Virus record (IMG/VR): IMGVR_UViG_3300026085_000093
Span: 1 to 64,000 of that record
Source of the DNA: a virus
Taxonomy: Duplodnaviria; Caudoviricetes
Length of the DNA: 64,000 bases
Strand: one strand, 5' to 3'
Shown: one piece after another, positions 39,648-48,562 of the stretch
Numbering within the stretch: the stretch's first letter is position 1
How the letters are laid out: each line of letters starts with the position of its first letter
Notes under the pieces: model-generated
Told to the model about the DNA's origin: nothing
What the model saw: the letters and a program-made list of their open reading frames with translations, nothing else
Databases searched by the model: none
Position numbers and translations under genes: made by a program

Positions 39648-39783
39648 TTCACTTGTAGATATTAATGAATACAAAGTTACAAGATTTAATGATTATCCTA
39701 CAGAAAAACAATGCAGCATTAATGCAGCAGTTCTTGAAGCATTGTTTACAGAAGGAGAAAAGGCGGTATGCATAAATGAATAA
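39622..39783 (+). CDS. 53-aa hypothetical protein (not in the track)
   Basis: MMWTLLII...C...C; GAGGA RBS. Confidence 0.5.
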   Translation: MMWTLLIISSLVDINEYKVTRFNDYPTEKQCSINAAVLEALFTEGEKAVCINE

Positions 39784-40492
39784 GTTTATTTTTGATGTCG
39801 ACGGAACACTAACTCCAAGTAGACAAACTATCGATCCTGAGTTCAACAAATTCTTTTTTGATTTTGTAACAACTAATGATGTATATTTGATTACAGGCAG
39901 TGACAAAGATAAAACAGTTGAACAAATTGGTAATGTTTTGTTTTGTACAGCAAAAGTTGTTTATAATTGTTCTGGAAACGATGTTTGGAGTCACGGTGTT
40001 AATGTAAAAACCAATGACTGGACGGCACCAAAAGAACTTATGGATCTAATGCATGGTTGGCTACAAGCAAGTAATTTTCCTTTACGCACAGGTAACCACA
40101 TCGAAGTGCGTCCAGGTTGTGTTAACTTTAGTATAGTTGGACGTAACTGCACACTAGGCGAACGTAAATTATATATTAAACACGATCTCGAAAGTAGAGA
40201 ACGTGAAAGTATTGCTTATCAAATTAACACAGAATTTGAAAACATAACAGCAAAAGTAGGAGGAGAAACAGGTATTGATATCTATCCTACAGGTTGTGAC
40301 AAATCACAAATTATTAATGATTTTAACGACCATGACAAACTAATCTTTTTTGGCGATAGACAAGAACCTGGTGGTAATGACGAACCATTATCAACTGCGA
40401 TTGCCAAGAGAGGCAATGGTAAATCCTATCATGTCAAAGACTGGAAGGATACAATGGAGATCTTAAATGAAAGTTATGTTAACAGGCCATAG
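39776..40492 (+). CDS. HAD-IIB phosphomannomutase-like enzyme
   Basis: FDVDGTLT, NFSIVGRN and FFGD...GGND motifs of the eukaryote-type PMM family. Confidence 0.8.
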   Translation: MNKFIFDVDGTLTPSRQTIDPEFNKFFFDFVTTNDVYLITGSDKDKTVEQIGNVLFCTAKVVYNCSGNDVWSHGVNVKTNDWTAPKELMDLMHGWLQASNFPLRTGNHIEVRPGCVNFSIVGRNCTLGERKLYIKHDLESRERESIAYQINTEFENITAKVGGETGIDIYPTGCDKSQIINDFNDHDKLIFFGDRQEPGGNDEPLSTAIAKRGNGKSYHVKDWKDTMEILNESYVNRP

Positions 40493-41243
40493 AGGCTTTA
40501 TTGGGAGTCATTTACTAAAAAGACTTACAAAAAAACATAGTGTTGTAGGGTTTGATCTTAAGGACGGTTGGGATAGAGACAAACTTAACAACAGCCAAGA
40601 TCTAACAACTTGTGACCTAAAAGAAGAATTTGATTTAATTATACACCTAGCAGGAAAAAGTGGTGTTCGTGAATCAATGAAGGATCCTGCAGGTTATTGG
40701 CTTCATAATGTAGAAGTCACCAAAAGACTTTTAGAACGCTATCCAGACACACGTATGTTGATTGCAAGTTCAAGTTCAGCATATGAGCCACATCTAAATC
40801 CATATGCAGCAAGCAAGTATATCGTAGAAGAAGCAGCATCATGTTATTCCAATACGCTATGTATGAGATTCCATACAGTTTATTCTGATAATCCTCGAAA
40901 AGGTATGTTTATGCAAAAGTATCTAGATGGAGAACTTGAATATGTTACAAACCATTACAGAGATTTTATACATATTGAAGATTTATGCGATGCAATAGAA
41001 TTATGTATGAATAGCAAGTATAAAGGAGAAATTGATATAGGTACAGGACATCCTTTTCGTATCCGTGACTTTGTAGAAGATTTGCCCATCCGTCTAAATA
41101 CCCCAAACGAAAGACAATGGACTTGTGCAAATACGGAAAAAATTAAAACACTAGGCTTTAAACCTAAATACTCAGTAGAAAAACTATTGACAAACAGCAG
41201 ATTAGGCAATATAATAGAATTTAACAATGGAGAAACAGTATGA
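40467..41243 (+). CDS. NAD-dependent epimerase/dehydratase
   Basis: TGHRGFIG, HLAG and YAASK. Confidence 0.88.
   Translation: MKVMLTGHRGFIGSHLLKRLTKKHSVVGFDLKDGWDRDKLNNSQDLTTCDLKEEFDLIIHLAGKSGVRESMKDPAGYWLHNVEVTKRLLERYPDTRMLIASSSSAYEPHLNPYAASKYIVEEAASCYSNTLCMRFHTVYSDNPRKGMFMQKYLDGELEYVTNHYRDFIHIEDLCDAIELCMNSKYKGEIDIGTGHPFRIRDFVEDLPIRLNTPNERQWTCANTEKIKTLGFKPKYSVEKLLTNSRLGNIIEFNNGETV
41187..41215 (+). promoter_or_regulatory. Perfect sigma70 promoter for the clamp/dpdA-like genes
   Basis: TTGACA-N17-TATAAT. Confidence 0.75.
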
Positions 41244-41968
41244 AAGATATCTTACAAGATGTTGTGTCGCACACACATAGTCTCGGTTTTATTACAACAT
41301 TAAAAGTTGTTGCAGAACAAGAGACTAGTATCGAAAGTATGGCAGAAGATAGAAGTGTTGTACTTAGTGCAACAACTCATTCGCCTGTGTCGGAATTTGT
41401 AGGTACATTTGGTATGCCAGATTTAAATAAACTTGCATATCATTTGAAGAACCCAGAATACCAGGACAAAGCAAAAATTGATGTGGTACAGGAAGAACGC
41501 AACGGAGAAATTATTCCAACACATATTCATTTTGAAAATGAAGTTGGCGACTTCCAAAACGACTATCGCTTTATGAATAAAGCAATTATCGAAGAAAAAT
41601 TAAAAAGTGTTAAATTCAAAGGTAGCACATGGGATGTAGAATTTACTCCAAGTGTTGCAGCAATTGCACGTATGAAACTAATGGCTGGTGCTCATTCAGA
41701 AGAACCAGTATTCCAGGTCAAAACAGAAGATGGAAATCTAAACTTTTACTTCGGTGACTTGAATACACACGCAGGTAAGTTTACATTCCAACACGATGTA
41801 GGTGGAACCTTGCAACACACTTGGGCATGGCCAGTTGCGCAAACTATTTCTATTTTAGGACTAGATGGCGATAAGAAAATTAGCATCACAGATCAAGGTG
41901 CTATGATGATTACAGTAGACAGTGGTATGGCCAAGTATGACTATATCCTGCCAGCACAAAGTAAATAA
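41240..41968 (+). CDS. Probable DNA polymerase sliding clamp (gp45/PCNA-like)
   Basis: 242 aa, two-domain beta/alpha pattern ending YDYILPA; PolB and RFC are in the window. Confidence 0.6.
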   Translation: MKDILQDVVSHTHSLGFITTLKVVAEQETSIESMAEDRSVVLSATTHSPVSEFVGTFGMPDLNKLAYHLKNPEYQDKAKIDVVQEERNGEIIPTHIHFENEVGDFQNDYRFMNKAIIEEKLKSVKFKGSTWDVEFTPSVAAIARMKLMAGAHSEEPVFQVKTEDGNLNFYFGDLNTHAGKFTFQHDVGGTLQHTWAWPVAQTISILGLDGDKKISITDQGAMMITVDSGMAKYDYILPAQSK

Positions 41969-43425
41969 TGAATACAAATTTAACTGCAACACAAAATGAC
42001 TATGCTGTTTTTCTGCCTGCGTTGAGTGGCTTTTATGCTACTTACGTGGGCAAACAGCGTTTTGAAAACTATGTTGATCCTGCTAGAATACCAAGCAATT
42101 TAAATAATGGCGTTGAAAGTCTTAACTATCTAAATAAAGATCAAGGACAGTTTCAATATAAGTGGACATTGTACTCAGCAGGACATGCTGACTTAGATAC
42201 TACAAAACATGCACCTAAGGAAGATATGGTGCGTAACAGAGATAGAGCAAACACTTGGCTACTTGGTGACTCAGGTGGCTTCCAGATTGGTAAGGGTGTT
42301 TGGGAAGGTGACTGGAAAGATCCAAACTGTCCAAAAGCACAAAAGAAACGTGATGGTGTATTGCGTTGGATGGATGCTTATATGGATTATGGTATGATAC
42401 TTGATATTCCCGCCTGGGTTGCACGTTCACCTGCAGGTGCAAAAGCAACAGGCATTAGTACATATGCAGAAGCAGTTAAAGCAACACGTATTAATAATGA
42501 TTATTGGATGAAGCATCGTACAGGTGCCTGTAAGTTTTTGAACGTACTACAAGGCGAAAATCATGCAGATGCAGATGACTGGTACGATCAAATGAAAGAC
42601 TACTGTGATCCAAAAAAATATGAAGATCATTTTAACGGATGGTCAATGGGTGGACAAAATATGTGCGATGTACACCTTGCTCTTAAACGTGTTGTTTCAC
42701 TACGTTTTGACGGATTGCTTGAAAAGGGCAAACATGATTTTATGCACTTCTTAGGAACTTCAAAACTTGAGTGGGCTACACTACTAACAGACATTCAACG
42801 AGCAGTGCGCAAATATCATAACGAAAACTTTACTATCACATTTGATTGTGCTAGTCCTTTCCTTGCAACTGCTAATGGACAAATCTACTGTGAACTGGAA
42901 ACAGAAGACAGAAGTAAATGGGTATATCGAATGGTGCCAAGCATTGACGATAAAGCACTAGCAAACGATACTACTCCGTTTAGTCAAGCATTTGTAAGAG
43001 AAGGAAAACACCCTAGTTTCTTAGATTCACCAATAACAACAGGATTACAAGCCAAAGATATTTGTATCTATGGTCCGGGTGATCTAAATAAAATAGGCAA
43101 AGAAGGCAAGACCTCATGGGACAGTTTTTCATATGCTGTTATGATGGGTCATAATGTATGGATGCACATTAACGCAGTGCAGGAAGCAAACCGCCAATAT
43201 GATGCAGGTATTATTCCTAATATGTTAATACAAGAAAAGTTTGATAGAATTGCGTTTAGAGATATTGTTGATGCAATTTTTGAAACCGATAACAGACAAA
43301 AAGCCGAATCTCTCATTTTAGAATTTTCTAAATATTGGGACAGTATTATAGGTACTAGAGGCAATACAGGAAAGCGTATTGTAAATGCACAAACGCAATT
43401 CAACAATCTATTTGAGGAACTATAA
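41968..43425 (+). CDS. dpdA: tRNA-guanine transglycosylase-like protein (DpdA-like DNA 7-deazaguanine transglycosylase)
   Basis: TGT motifs DSGGFQ, LDIP, VLQG, GG, HFLG and FDC; located next to folE/queE. Confidence 0.75.
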   Translation: MNTNLTATQNDYAVFLPALSGFYATYVGKQRFENYVDPARIPSNLNNGVESLNYLNKDQGQFQYKWTLYSAGHADLDTTKHAPKEDMVRNRDRANTWLLGDSGGFQIGKGVWEGDWKDPNCPKAQKKRDGVLRWMDAYMDYGMILDIPAWVARSPAGAKATGISTYAEAVKATRINNDYWMKHRTGACKFLNVLQGENHADADDWYDQMKDYCDPKKYEDHFNGWSMGGQNMCDVHLALKRVVSLRFDGLLEKGKHDFMHFLGTSKLEWATLLTDIQRAVRKYHNENFTITFDCASPFLATANGQIYCELETEDRSKWVYRMVPSIDDKALANDTTPFSQAFVREGKHPSFLDSPITTGLQAKDICIYGPGDLNKIGKEGKTSWDSFSYAVMMGHNVWMHINAVQEANRQYDAGIIPNMLIQEKFDRIAFRDIVDAIFETDNRQKAESLILEFSKYWDSIIGTRGNTGKRIVNAQTQFNNLFEEL

Positions 43426-43607
43426 TGATGGGACATAAAGAACATTTAGTTGAACTGAAAAGAAAACATAGAAAACTAGATGAAGAAATTATTGAACTTG
43501 AAAAATCGTATGTTGTAGATGACGAAATTAGAAAATTAAAAACAAAAAAACTTTGGTATAAAGATGAAATTCATAGACTGGAGAATATAATTGCGTTCAG
43601 AGAATGA
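43425..43607 (+). CDS. DUF465/YdcH-like coiled-coil protein
   Basis: LKRKHRKLDEEI...LKTKKLWYKDEI. Confidence 0.65.
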   Translation: MMGHKEHLVELKRKHRKLDEEIIELEKSYVVDDEIRKLKTKKLWYKDEIHRLENIIAFRE

Positions 43608-43767
43608 AATTAGATTAGAAGCATTACAAATGGCCCTAGAAGAAATTGAAAAAATCATTGACAGTATGCATAAAAACAATTATACTAATGAAGAAATTAA
43701 TGAATACAACAAAAAACGTTGGGACATTTGGAACGAAATGTATAAGGTAAAAAATGGCAAAGGTTGA
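43591..43767 (+). CDS. 58-aa hypothetical protein (not in the track)
   Basis: TTG start after GGAG; helical. Confidence 0.45.
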   Translation: MRSENEIRLEALQMALEEIEKIIDSMHKNNYTNEEINEYNKKRWDIWNEMYKVKNGKG

Positions 43768-44068
43768 AGAAACAGTAGCAGCCCTAAAGGGTATACCTAC
43801 AAAAGATGAATTAGTTGCATTGTTAGAAAAGCAAGTCGTTGAAGTAACTTTTAATAAATTAGACGGCACTGAAAGAGTAATGCCTTGTACTCTTATGCCT
43901 TCATTCTTTCCAGATCCAAAGAAAGATACAACACAAAAACACGAAAAAAATGTTGTTGTGTGGGCAATTGAATCAAACGCTTTTAGAAGTTTTAGGTACG
44001 ATCGTGTTAAAAAAGTAGAAGTTATTCAATATGGCAACGGCGGCAACGAATGGGAGGCTCAATATTAA
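43754..44068 (+). CDS. Sm-like/WYL_2 (DUF2693-like) protein
   Basis: VTFNKLDGTERVMPCTL...FRSFRYD. Confidence 0.65.
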   Translation: MAKVEETVAALKGIPTKDELVALLEKQVVEVTFNKLDGTERVMPCTLMPSFFPDPKKDTTQKHEKNVVVWAIESNAFRSFRYDRVKKVEVIQYGNGGNEWEAQY

Positions 44069-44622
44069 TGAATAGAGATTATTCTACAGGTTCTGCAGAT
44101 GATGCTATTTACTTTATCGGTAACGAAGTAGAACGCACACCTGCATTTGGCTTAAAAACTTTGTTTATTACAGGCAAACAGCCTTTAGAAGAAATTAAAG
44201 GCATTGCTAATGTGAATAAAATCAAGCATTTGTTTTTTGGTTCTAATCATAGTTTTAAACCCGAGACTAGTGAAGATTGGGACTGGTGGGAATCGATGAT
44301 CAAGGATTGTCTAGATGAAGGTTACTATTGCAGTTTAGATATTCCTATTGCACTTGCAGAAGAATTTCTCGAAAGTGGTTTGACAGAATACGAAAATTTT
44401 ATTCCACAACTAAGAGTTCCTATTCCATATATTAAACTATGGAATTATAACACTATGTTAAAAATCGATGATAAAGATTTTAAGGCAACTAATCCAGGTG
44501 TTTGGTGTCATAGTTTACACGACTTAATGGATAGGAAAAAATTTACTGACTGGTCTAATTATGCATCAGATGAAATTATTGAGTTGACAACTATCGAAAA
44601 TGGTACTATAGTAAATGAGTAA
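44068..44622 (+). CDS. Uncharacterised protein inside the deazaguanine locus
   Basis: 184 aa, directly upstream of the T-fold gene. Confidence 0.65.
   Translation: MNRDYSTGSADDAIYFIGNEVERTPAFGLKTLFITGKQPLEEIKGIANVNKIKHLFFGSNHSFKPETSEDWDWWESMIKDCLDEGYYCSLDIPIALAEEFLESGLTEYENFIPQLRVPIPYIKLWNYNTMLKIDDKDFKATNPGVWCHSLHDLMDRKKFTDWSNYASDEIIELTTIENGTIVNE
44584..44612 (+). promoter_or_regulatory. Sigma70-type promoter
   Basis: TTGACA-N17-TATAGT; if real, the T-fold gene starts at a downstream ATG (44654 or 44666). Confidence 0.5.
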
Positions 44623-45076
44623 CAACAAAGAACCCGAGCGCTATTATGATTGGATGCTTTGGAAAATGCGACAGGAAGATAATAAATTGGCAAATAGTTT
44701 AGAAAATGCAAAACGTAGTATTTGGGTAACATTCCGTAAAGAAGGTATCCATTTGTATCCTGCGGCAAAAGACGACCCGGCACTTGCAACAGGTGGTTGG
44801 GATGATGTAAGTTTCTTAGGTGTAGCACATAGACACATCTTTCATTTCAAAGTACAAATTCAAGTAACACACAATGATAGAGATATTGAATTTATTCAGT
44901 TCAAGCGTTGGCTCGAAAGTCTTTATGATGATAAGGTTATTGAACTTAATCACAAGTCTTGCGAAATGATCGCAGACGACTTGTATATCCAGATTAACAA
45001 CAAATATCCCGGCCGCTTTGTTGTTATTGATGTCGCCGAAGATGGCGAAAATGGCTGTCAAATTGTTTACCCATAG
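44615..45076 (+). CDS. QueD-paralog T-fold enzyme, DpdL-like (putative CDG decarboxylase)
   Basis: LGVAHRHIF fits LxxxHRHxF; also IEF..FK, SCE and EDGENG. Confidence 0.7.
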   Translation: MSNNKEPERYYDWMLWKMRQEDNKLANSLENAKRSIWVTFRKEGIHLYPAAKDDPALATGGWDDVSFLGVAHRHIFHFKVQIQVTHNDRDIEFIQFKRWLESLYDDKVIELNHKSCEMIADDLYIQINNKYPGRFVVIDVAEDGENGCQIVYP

Positions 45077-45094
45077 AAAAAAGGATTAAGGTAA

Positions 45095-45307
45095 ATGACT
45101 ATTACATTCAATCGTGACGCTTACAATAAAGTGTTTAATGATTTGGATAAATTCCGCGACTACTGTCGTTTCGAAGGAAAGGTCTTTAACGAGGCTGATT
45201 TATATAAAAAGGATTCGCCTATTTGGCAGTCTTATATTAAACATCAAAATTATATTCGTGCTAAGTCACGTAACGCAAGCCGAAGTTTTAACAATCGGAG
45301 AAACTAA
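45095..45307 (+). CDS. Small hypothetical protein
   Basis: AAGG RBS; 70 aa. Confidence 0.55.
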   Translation: MTITFNRDAYNKVFNDLDKFRDYCRFEGKVFNEADLYKKDSPIWQSYIKHQNYIRAKSRNASRSFNNRRN

Positions 45308-46356
45308 TGACAATTTACATTGTAGATATCGAAGCAGTTGATACACGCTACACAAAGCAATGGAAAGACTATCTTCCGAAGCAACTACAACGATCTACAA
45401 ACGAAAATGTAAAAGTCATTAGTGGTGGGGAAACGCCTCAGGCAACAACGCCTGGGGCATTTCTCAATTTTGGTGGAACTAATGTTTATAAGTCCAAACA
45501 ACTAGAAATTATAGGCGAAATGTTTTGCAAAGGGCAAATTCAAAGTGGAGATTATTTTTTATATACCGATGCTTGGAACCCTACTGTTATTCAGTTACGT
45601 TATATGGCAGAACTCTTGGACGTTGATGTTAGCATCGGCGGGCTTTGGCATGCTGGTAGTTATGACCCTCATGACTTTCTTGGCAGGTTAATTGGAGATA
45701 AACCGTGGGTACGTCATGCAGAACAGGCAATGTATGAATGTTACGATGATAACTTTTTTGCAAGTAATTTTCATATTGAATTATTTGCACAAAGTTTAGA
45801 CATTGATCCAGATAAAACACATCGTGTAGGCTGGCCTATGGAATATTTACGTAGTAGTTTAGATCAATACAAAGGTATGGAGAAGCGTAATCTTATTCTT
45901 TTCCCACATCGTCTTGCCCCAGAAAAACAAGTTGATGTATTCCATGATTTGAAACAGCAACTTCCGCAATATGAATTTGTTGTATGTCAAGAGCAAATGC
46001 TTTCTAAAAATGAATATCACAACTTGTTAGGAGAAGCAAAACTTGTGTTTAGTGCTAACTTACAAGAAACACTTGGTATTAGTTGGTACGAAGGCGCACT
46101 TGTTGATGCTATTCCTATGGTTCCTGATCGCCTTTCTTACAGTGAAATGGCATTGCCTGAATTTAAATATCCTAGCCAATGGACTGAAGATTATAGTGCA
46201 TATAGAAAACATAGAGGAGATATTGCTGCCAAGATTGTTGACTATATGGAAAACTACAATGACTATCTTATAAGTTTAGAAAAACAGCGTATTAGACTTA
46301 ACAAAGAATTTTTTGACGGAACAGAACTATACAGGAATATTGCAGATGGGCAATGA
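45307..46356 (+). CDS. GT-B fold glycosyltransferase (GT4-like)
   Basis: PHRLAPEKQ and the ETLGISWYE EX7E motif. Confidence 0.8.
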   Translation: MTIYIVDIEAVDTRYTKQWKDYLPKQLQRSTNENVKVISGGETPQATTPGAFLNFGGTNVYKSKQLEIIGEMFCKGQIQSGDYFLYTDAWNPTVIQLRYMAELLDVDVSIGGLWHAGSYDPHDFLGRLIGDKPWVRHAEQAMYECYDDNFFASNFHIELFAQSLDIDPDKTHRVGWPMEYLRSSLDQYKGMEKRNLILFPHRLAPEKQVDVFHDLKQQLPQYEFVVCQEQMLSKNEYHNLLGEAKLVFSANLQETLGISWYEGALVDAIPMVPDRLSYSEMALPEFKYPSQWTEDYSAYRKHRGDIAAKIVDYMENYNDYLISLEKQRIRLNKEFFDGTELYRNIADGQ

Positions 46357-46666
46357 TGATGATTATATTTTTAGTGTAAGTACAGACCACACTTATTCAG
46401 TTAGCATAAGTGATATCACAACAACAACTATAGACACTAGTACATTTGATGATCTAATTACATTAGATGGAGATAACGGTATTACACTTATCATGGACGA
46501 TCCTGTTGATTTTGTAGATCAAATGCCTTCATTAGATAAAATAAAAGATATGTGTCAACATTATCCTGGCTTAAAAAAAGCTTTTAAAAACTTTGAATCA
46601 GTTTACAAAATGGTTCATCAAGACTATAAAGGTAATCACGAACCAAAAATAGAGGTACCATTTTAA
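46346..46666 (+). CDS. Hypothetical protein
   Basis: Acidic Thr-rich N-terminus and CQHYPGL module. Confidence 0.5.
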   Translation: MGNDDDYIFSVSTDHTYSVSISDITTTTIDTSTFDDLITLDGDNGITLIMDDPVDFVDQMPSLDKIKDMCQHYPGLKKAFKNFESVYKMVHQDYKGNHEPKIEVPF

Positions 46667-46893
46667 TGCAACATCCAATTGAAGAATGGATCAGACGTAT
46701 CAATGCAATGAAAGATTTATGCATACAAGCACATAGAGTGCGTAACGAATTTGCAGAAATCAGTTATAAACAATATGACGAATCTACTTGTAAGCACTTA
46801 CTAGAACAAGTTCAATCAATGGCAGCAGGTATTGCAAACGAAAAAATAACTGATATAAAAACTGAAATGGATGAGTGGAAAAAGAATGATTAA
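46666..46893 (+). CDS. Hypothetical protein
   Basis: TAATG-coupled ORF. Confidence 0.5.
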   Translation: MQHPIEEWIRRINAMKDLCIQAHRVRNEFAEISYKQYDESTCKHLLEQVQSMAAGIANEKITDIKTEMDEWKKND

Positions 46894-47467
46894 GAAACAT
46901 TATTATTCGTGGCAAGACGTAGAAAAGATGTGTGCAAGTATTGTCATGCAGATGTATAAAGATAATTGGCGTCCTGATTACATTGTAGGTATTACACGAG
47001 GTGGTAACATTCCTGCTACTATTATTAGTAACATGACAGGCATCCGTTGTGAAGCACTTAAAGTAAGTTTGCGTGATAACGGTAATGGCGAAAGCGAAAG
47101 CAACTGTTGGATGGCAGAAGATGCATTTGGATATGAAGATATGAAACTTCAAACCCATAACCAAGACATTCAAGCAAGTGCAAATGTTGATATTATCACT
47201 ATAGAAAACAAAAGTAATATCCTTATTGTAGACGATATTAACGACACTGGTGCAACATTTAACTGGATTGTTAATGACTGGCAAGCCAGTTGTTTACCTG
47301 ATCATGATCGATGGAGCAGAGTTTGGGACGAAAACGTTCGTTTCGCAACATTAACTGAAAACTTATCAAGTGCCTGCGGATTAGTGCGTTATTATGCACA
47401 CGAAATTAATAAAGCAGAAGAAAACGTTTGGTTAGTTTATCCTTGGGAGAATGTAAATGAGTACTGA
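46886..47467 (+). CDS. Type I phosphoribosyltransferase (Gpt/Hpt-like)
   Basis: VGITRGG, PRPP loop LIVDDINDTGAT and C-terminal WLVYPWE. Confidence 0.88.
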   Translation: MIKKHYYSWQDVEKMCASIVMQMYKDNWRPDYIVGITRGGNIPATIISNMTGIRCEALKVSLRDNGNGESESNCWMAEDAFGYEDMKLQTHNQDIQASANVDIITIENKSNILIVDDINDTGATFNWIVNDWQASCLPDHDRWSRVWDENVRFATLTENLSSACGLVRYYAHEINKAEENVWLVYPWENVNEY

Positions 47468-47708
47468 ATATAAAGAATATAGATGCAAGTATAAAGCAGA
47501 ATGGCCTGTAGACAAATTTGGCAGACTTGGTGGAATGTATAGCATGGCAGATCTTCCAGTTAAGGCATATGTCGAACTAGAAAGAGAAGGTCTTTTAGTA
47601 TCACAAGATAGCAAAAAAGAACTGTACGAAATTAAAGATGCTGAAAAACAATTTATCAAACGTGTAGTTCCTTTTAGTGATGTAACAGATATTGAAGAAA
47701 TATCTTGA
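47457..47708 (+). CDS. Hypothetical protein
   Basis: 83-aa ORF. Confidence 0.5.
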   Translation: MSTEYKEYRCKYKAEWPVDKFGRLGGMYSMADLPVKAYVELEREGLLVSQDSKKELYEIKDAEKQFIKRVVPFSDVTDIEEIS

Positions 47709-47733
47709 CAAAAACCTAAATACATGGTATATT
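47705..47733 (+). promoter_or_regulatory. Sigma70 promoter of folE with an overlapping TAAATA
   Basis: TTGACA-N17-TATATT. Confidence 0.7.
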
Positions 47734-47772
47734 AAATTAATAGACATCCCCGTCTATAACTCGGAGAAATAA

Positions 47773-48456
47773 ATGAGCAAATCAAAACAAATTACAGCCC
47801 GCTTGCAAGATGCAGGCATTCGCTATTGGGCCGGCGACAACATTTCAGAAGTCCTACAAGCAGGCGACAAAGAAGAACTTATTGAAGATGCTACAGTAGC
47901 ATTTGAAGGTGTACTAGATGCACTACTAATCGATCGACATAACGATCCTAATTCACAAGGTACTGCAAGGCGTCTTGCTAAGATGTACTTTAATGAAATT
48001 ATGGCAGGACGATATGATCCTATTCCAAGTGCTACAGCATTTCCAAACCATGTAGATGAAGGTTACAAAGGTATGTTAGTTGTAAGAAGCGAACTTAAAA
48101 GTATGTGTTCGCATCATCATCAACCAGTAAACGGTGTAGCATATATTGGTATTATTGCCGCTGATACACTTATCGGACTTTCAAAGTATACACGTATTGC
48201 ACAATGGTGTGCTAGACGTGGTACACTACAAGAAGAACTTAATAATGTTATTGCAAATGAAATACAGAAAGCAACAGGAAGTCCTAACGTAGGTGTGTAC
48301 ATTCAAGCAACACATGGTTGTTGTGAAAATAGAGGTATTGGTGCACACAGCAGTCTTACACAAACAACTGTACTACGTGGTGCATTCTATGATGATCCTA
48401 GTACTAAGAAAGAGTTTATGGATAATATAAAACTACAACAGGAATTTGCTTGCTAA
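47773..48456 (+). CDS. folE: GTP cyclohydrolase I
   Basis: SMCSHHHQP, GLSKY.RI, LQEEL and HGCCENRG. Confidence 0.95.
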   Translation: MSKSKQITARLQDAGIRYWAGDNISEVLQAGDKEELIEDATVAFEGVLDALLIDRHNDPNSQGTARRLAKMYFNEIMAGRYDPIPSATAFPNHVDEGYKGMLVVRSELKSMCSHHHQPVNGVAYIGIIAADTLIGLSKYTRIAQWCARRGTLQEELNNVIANEIQKATGSPNVGVYIQATHGCCENRGIGAHSSLTQTTVLRGAFYDDPSTKKEFMDNIKLQQEFAC

Positions 48457-48562
48457 TGTTTGAAATTAATTATTCTTTTACACAACCTTACTACAATACA
48501 TTCATTGTTAATCTGCAACCTAAATACGATCTAGCAGAAAGATTTATCAAGGCAAAAGCAGA

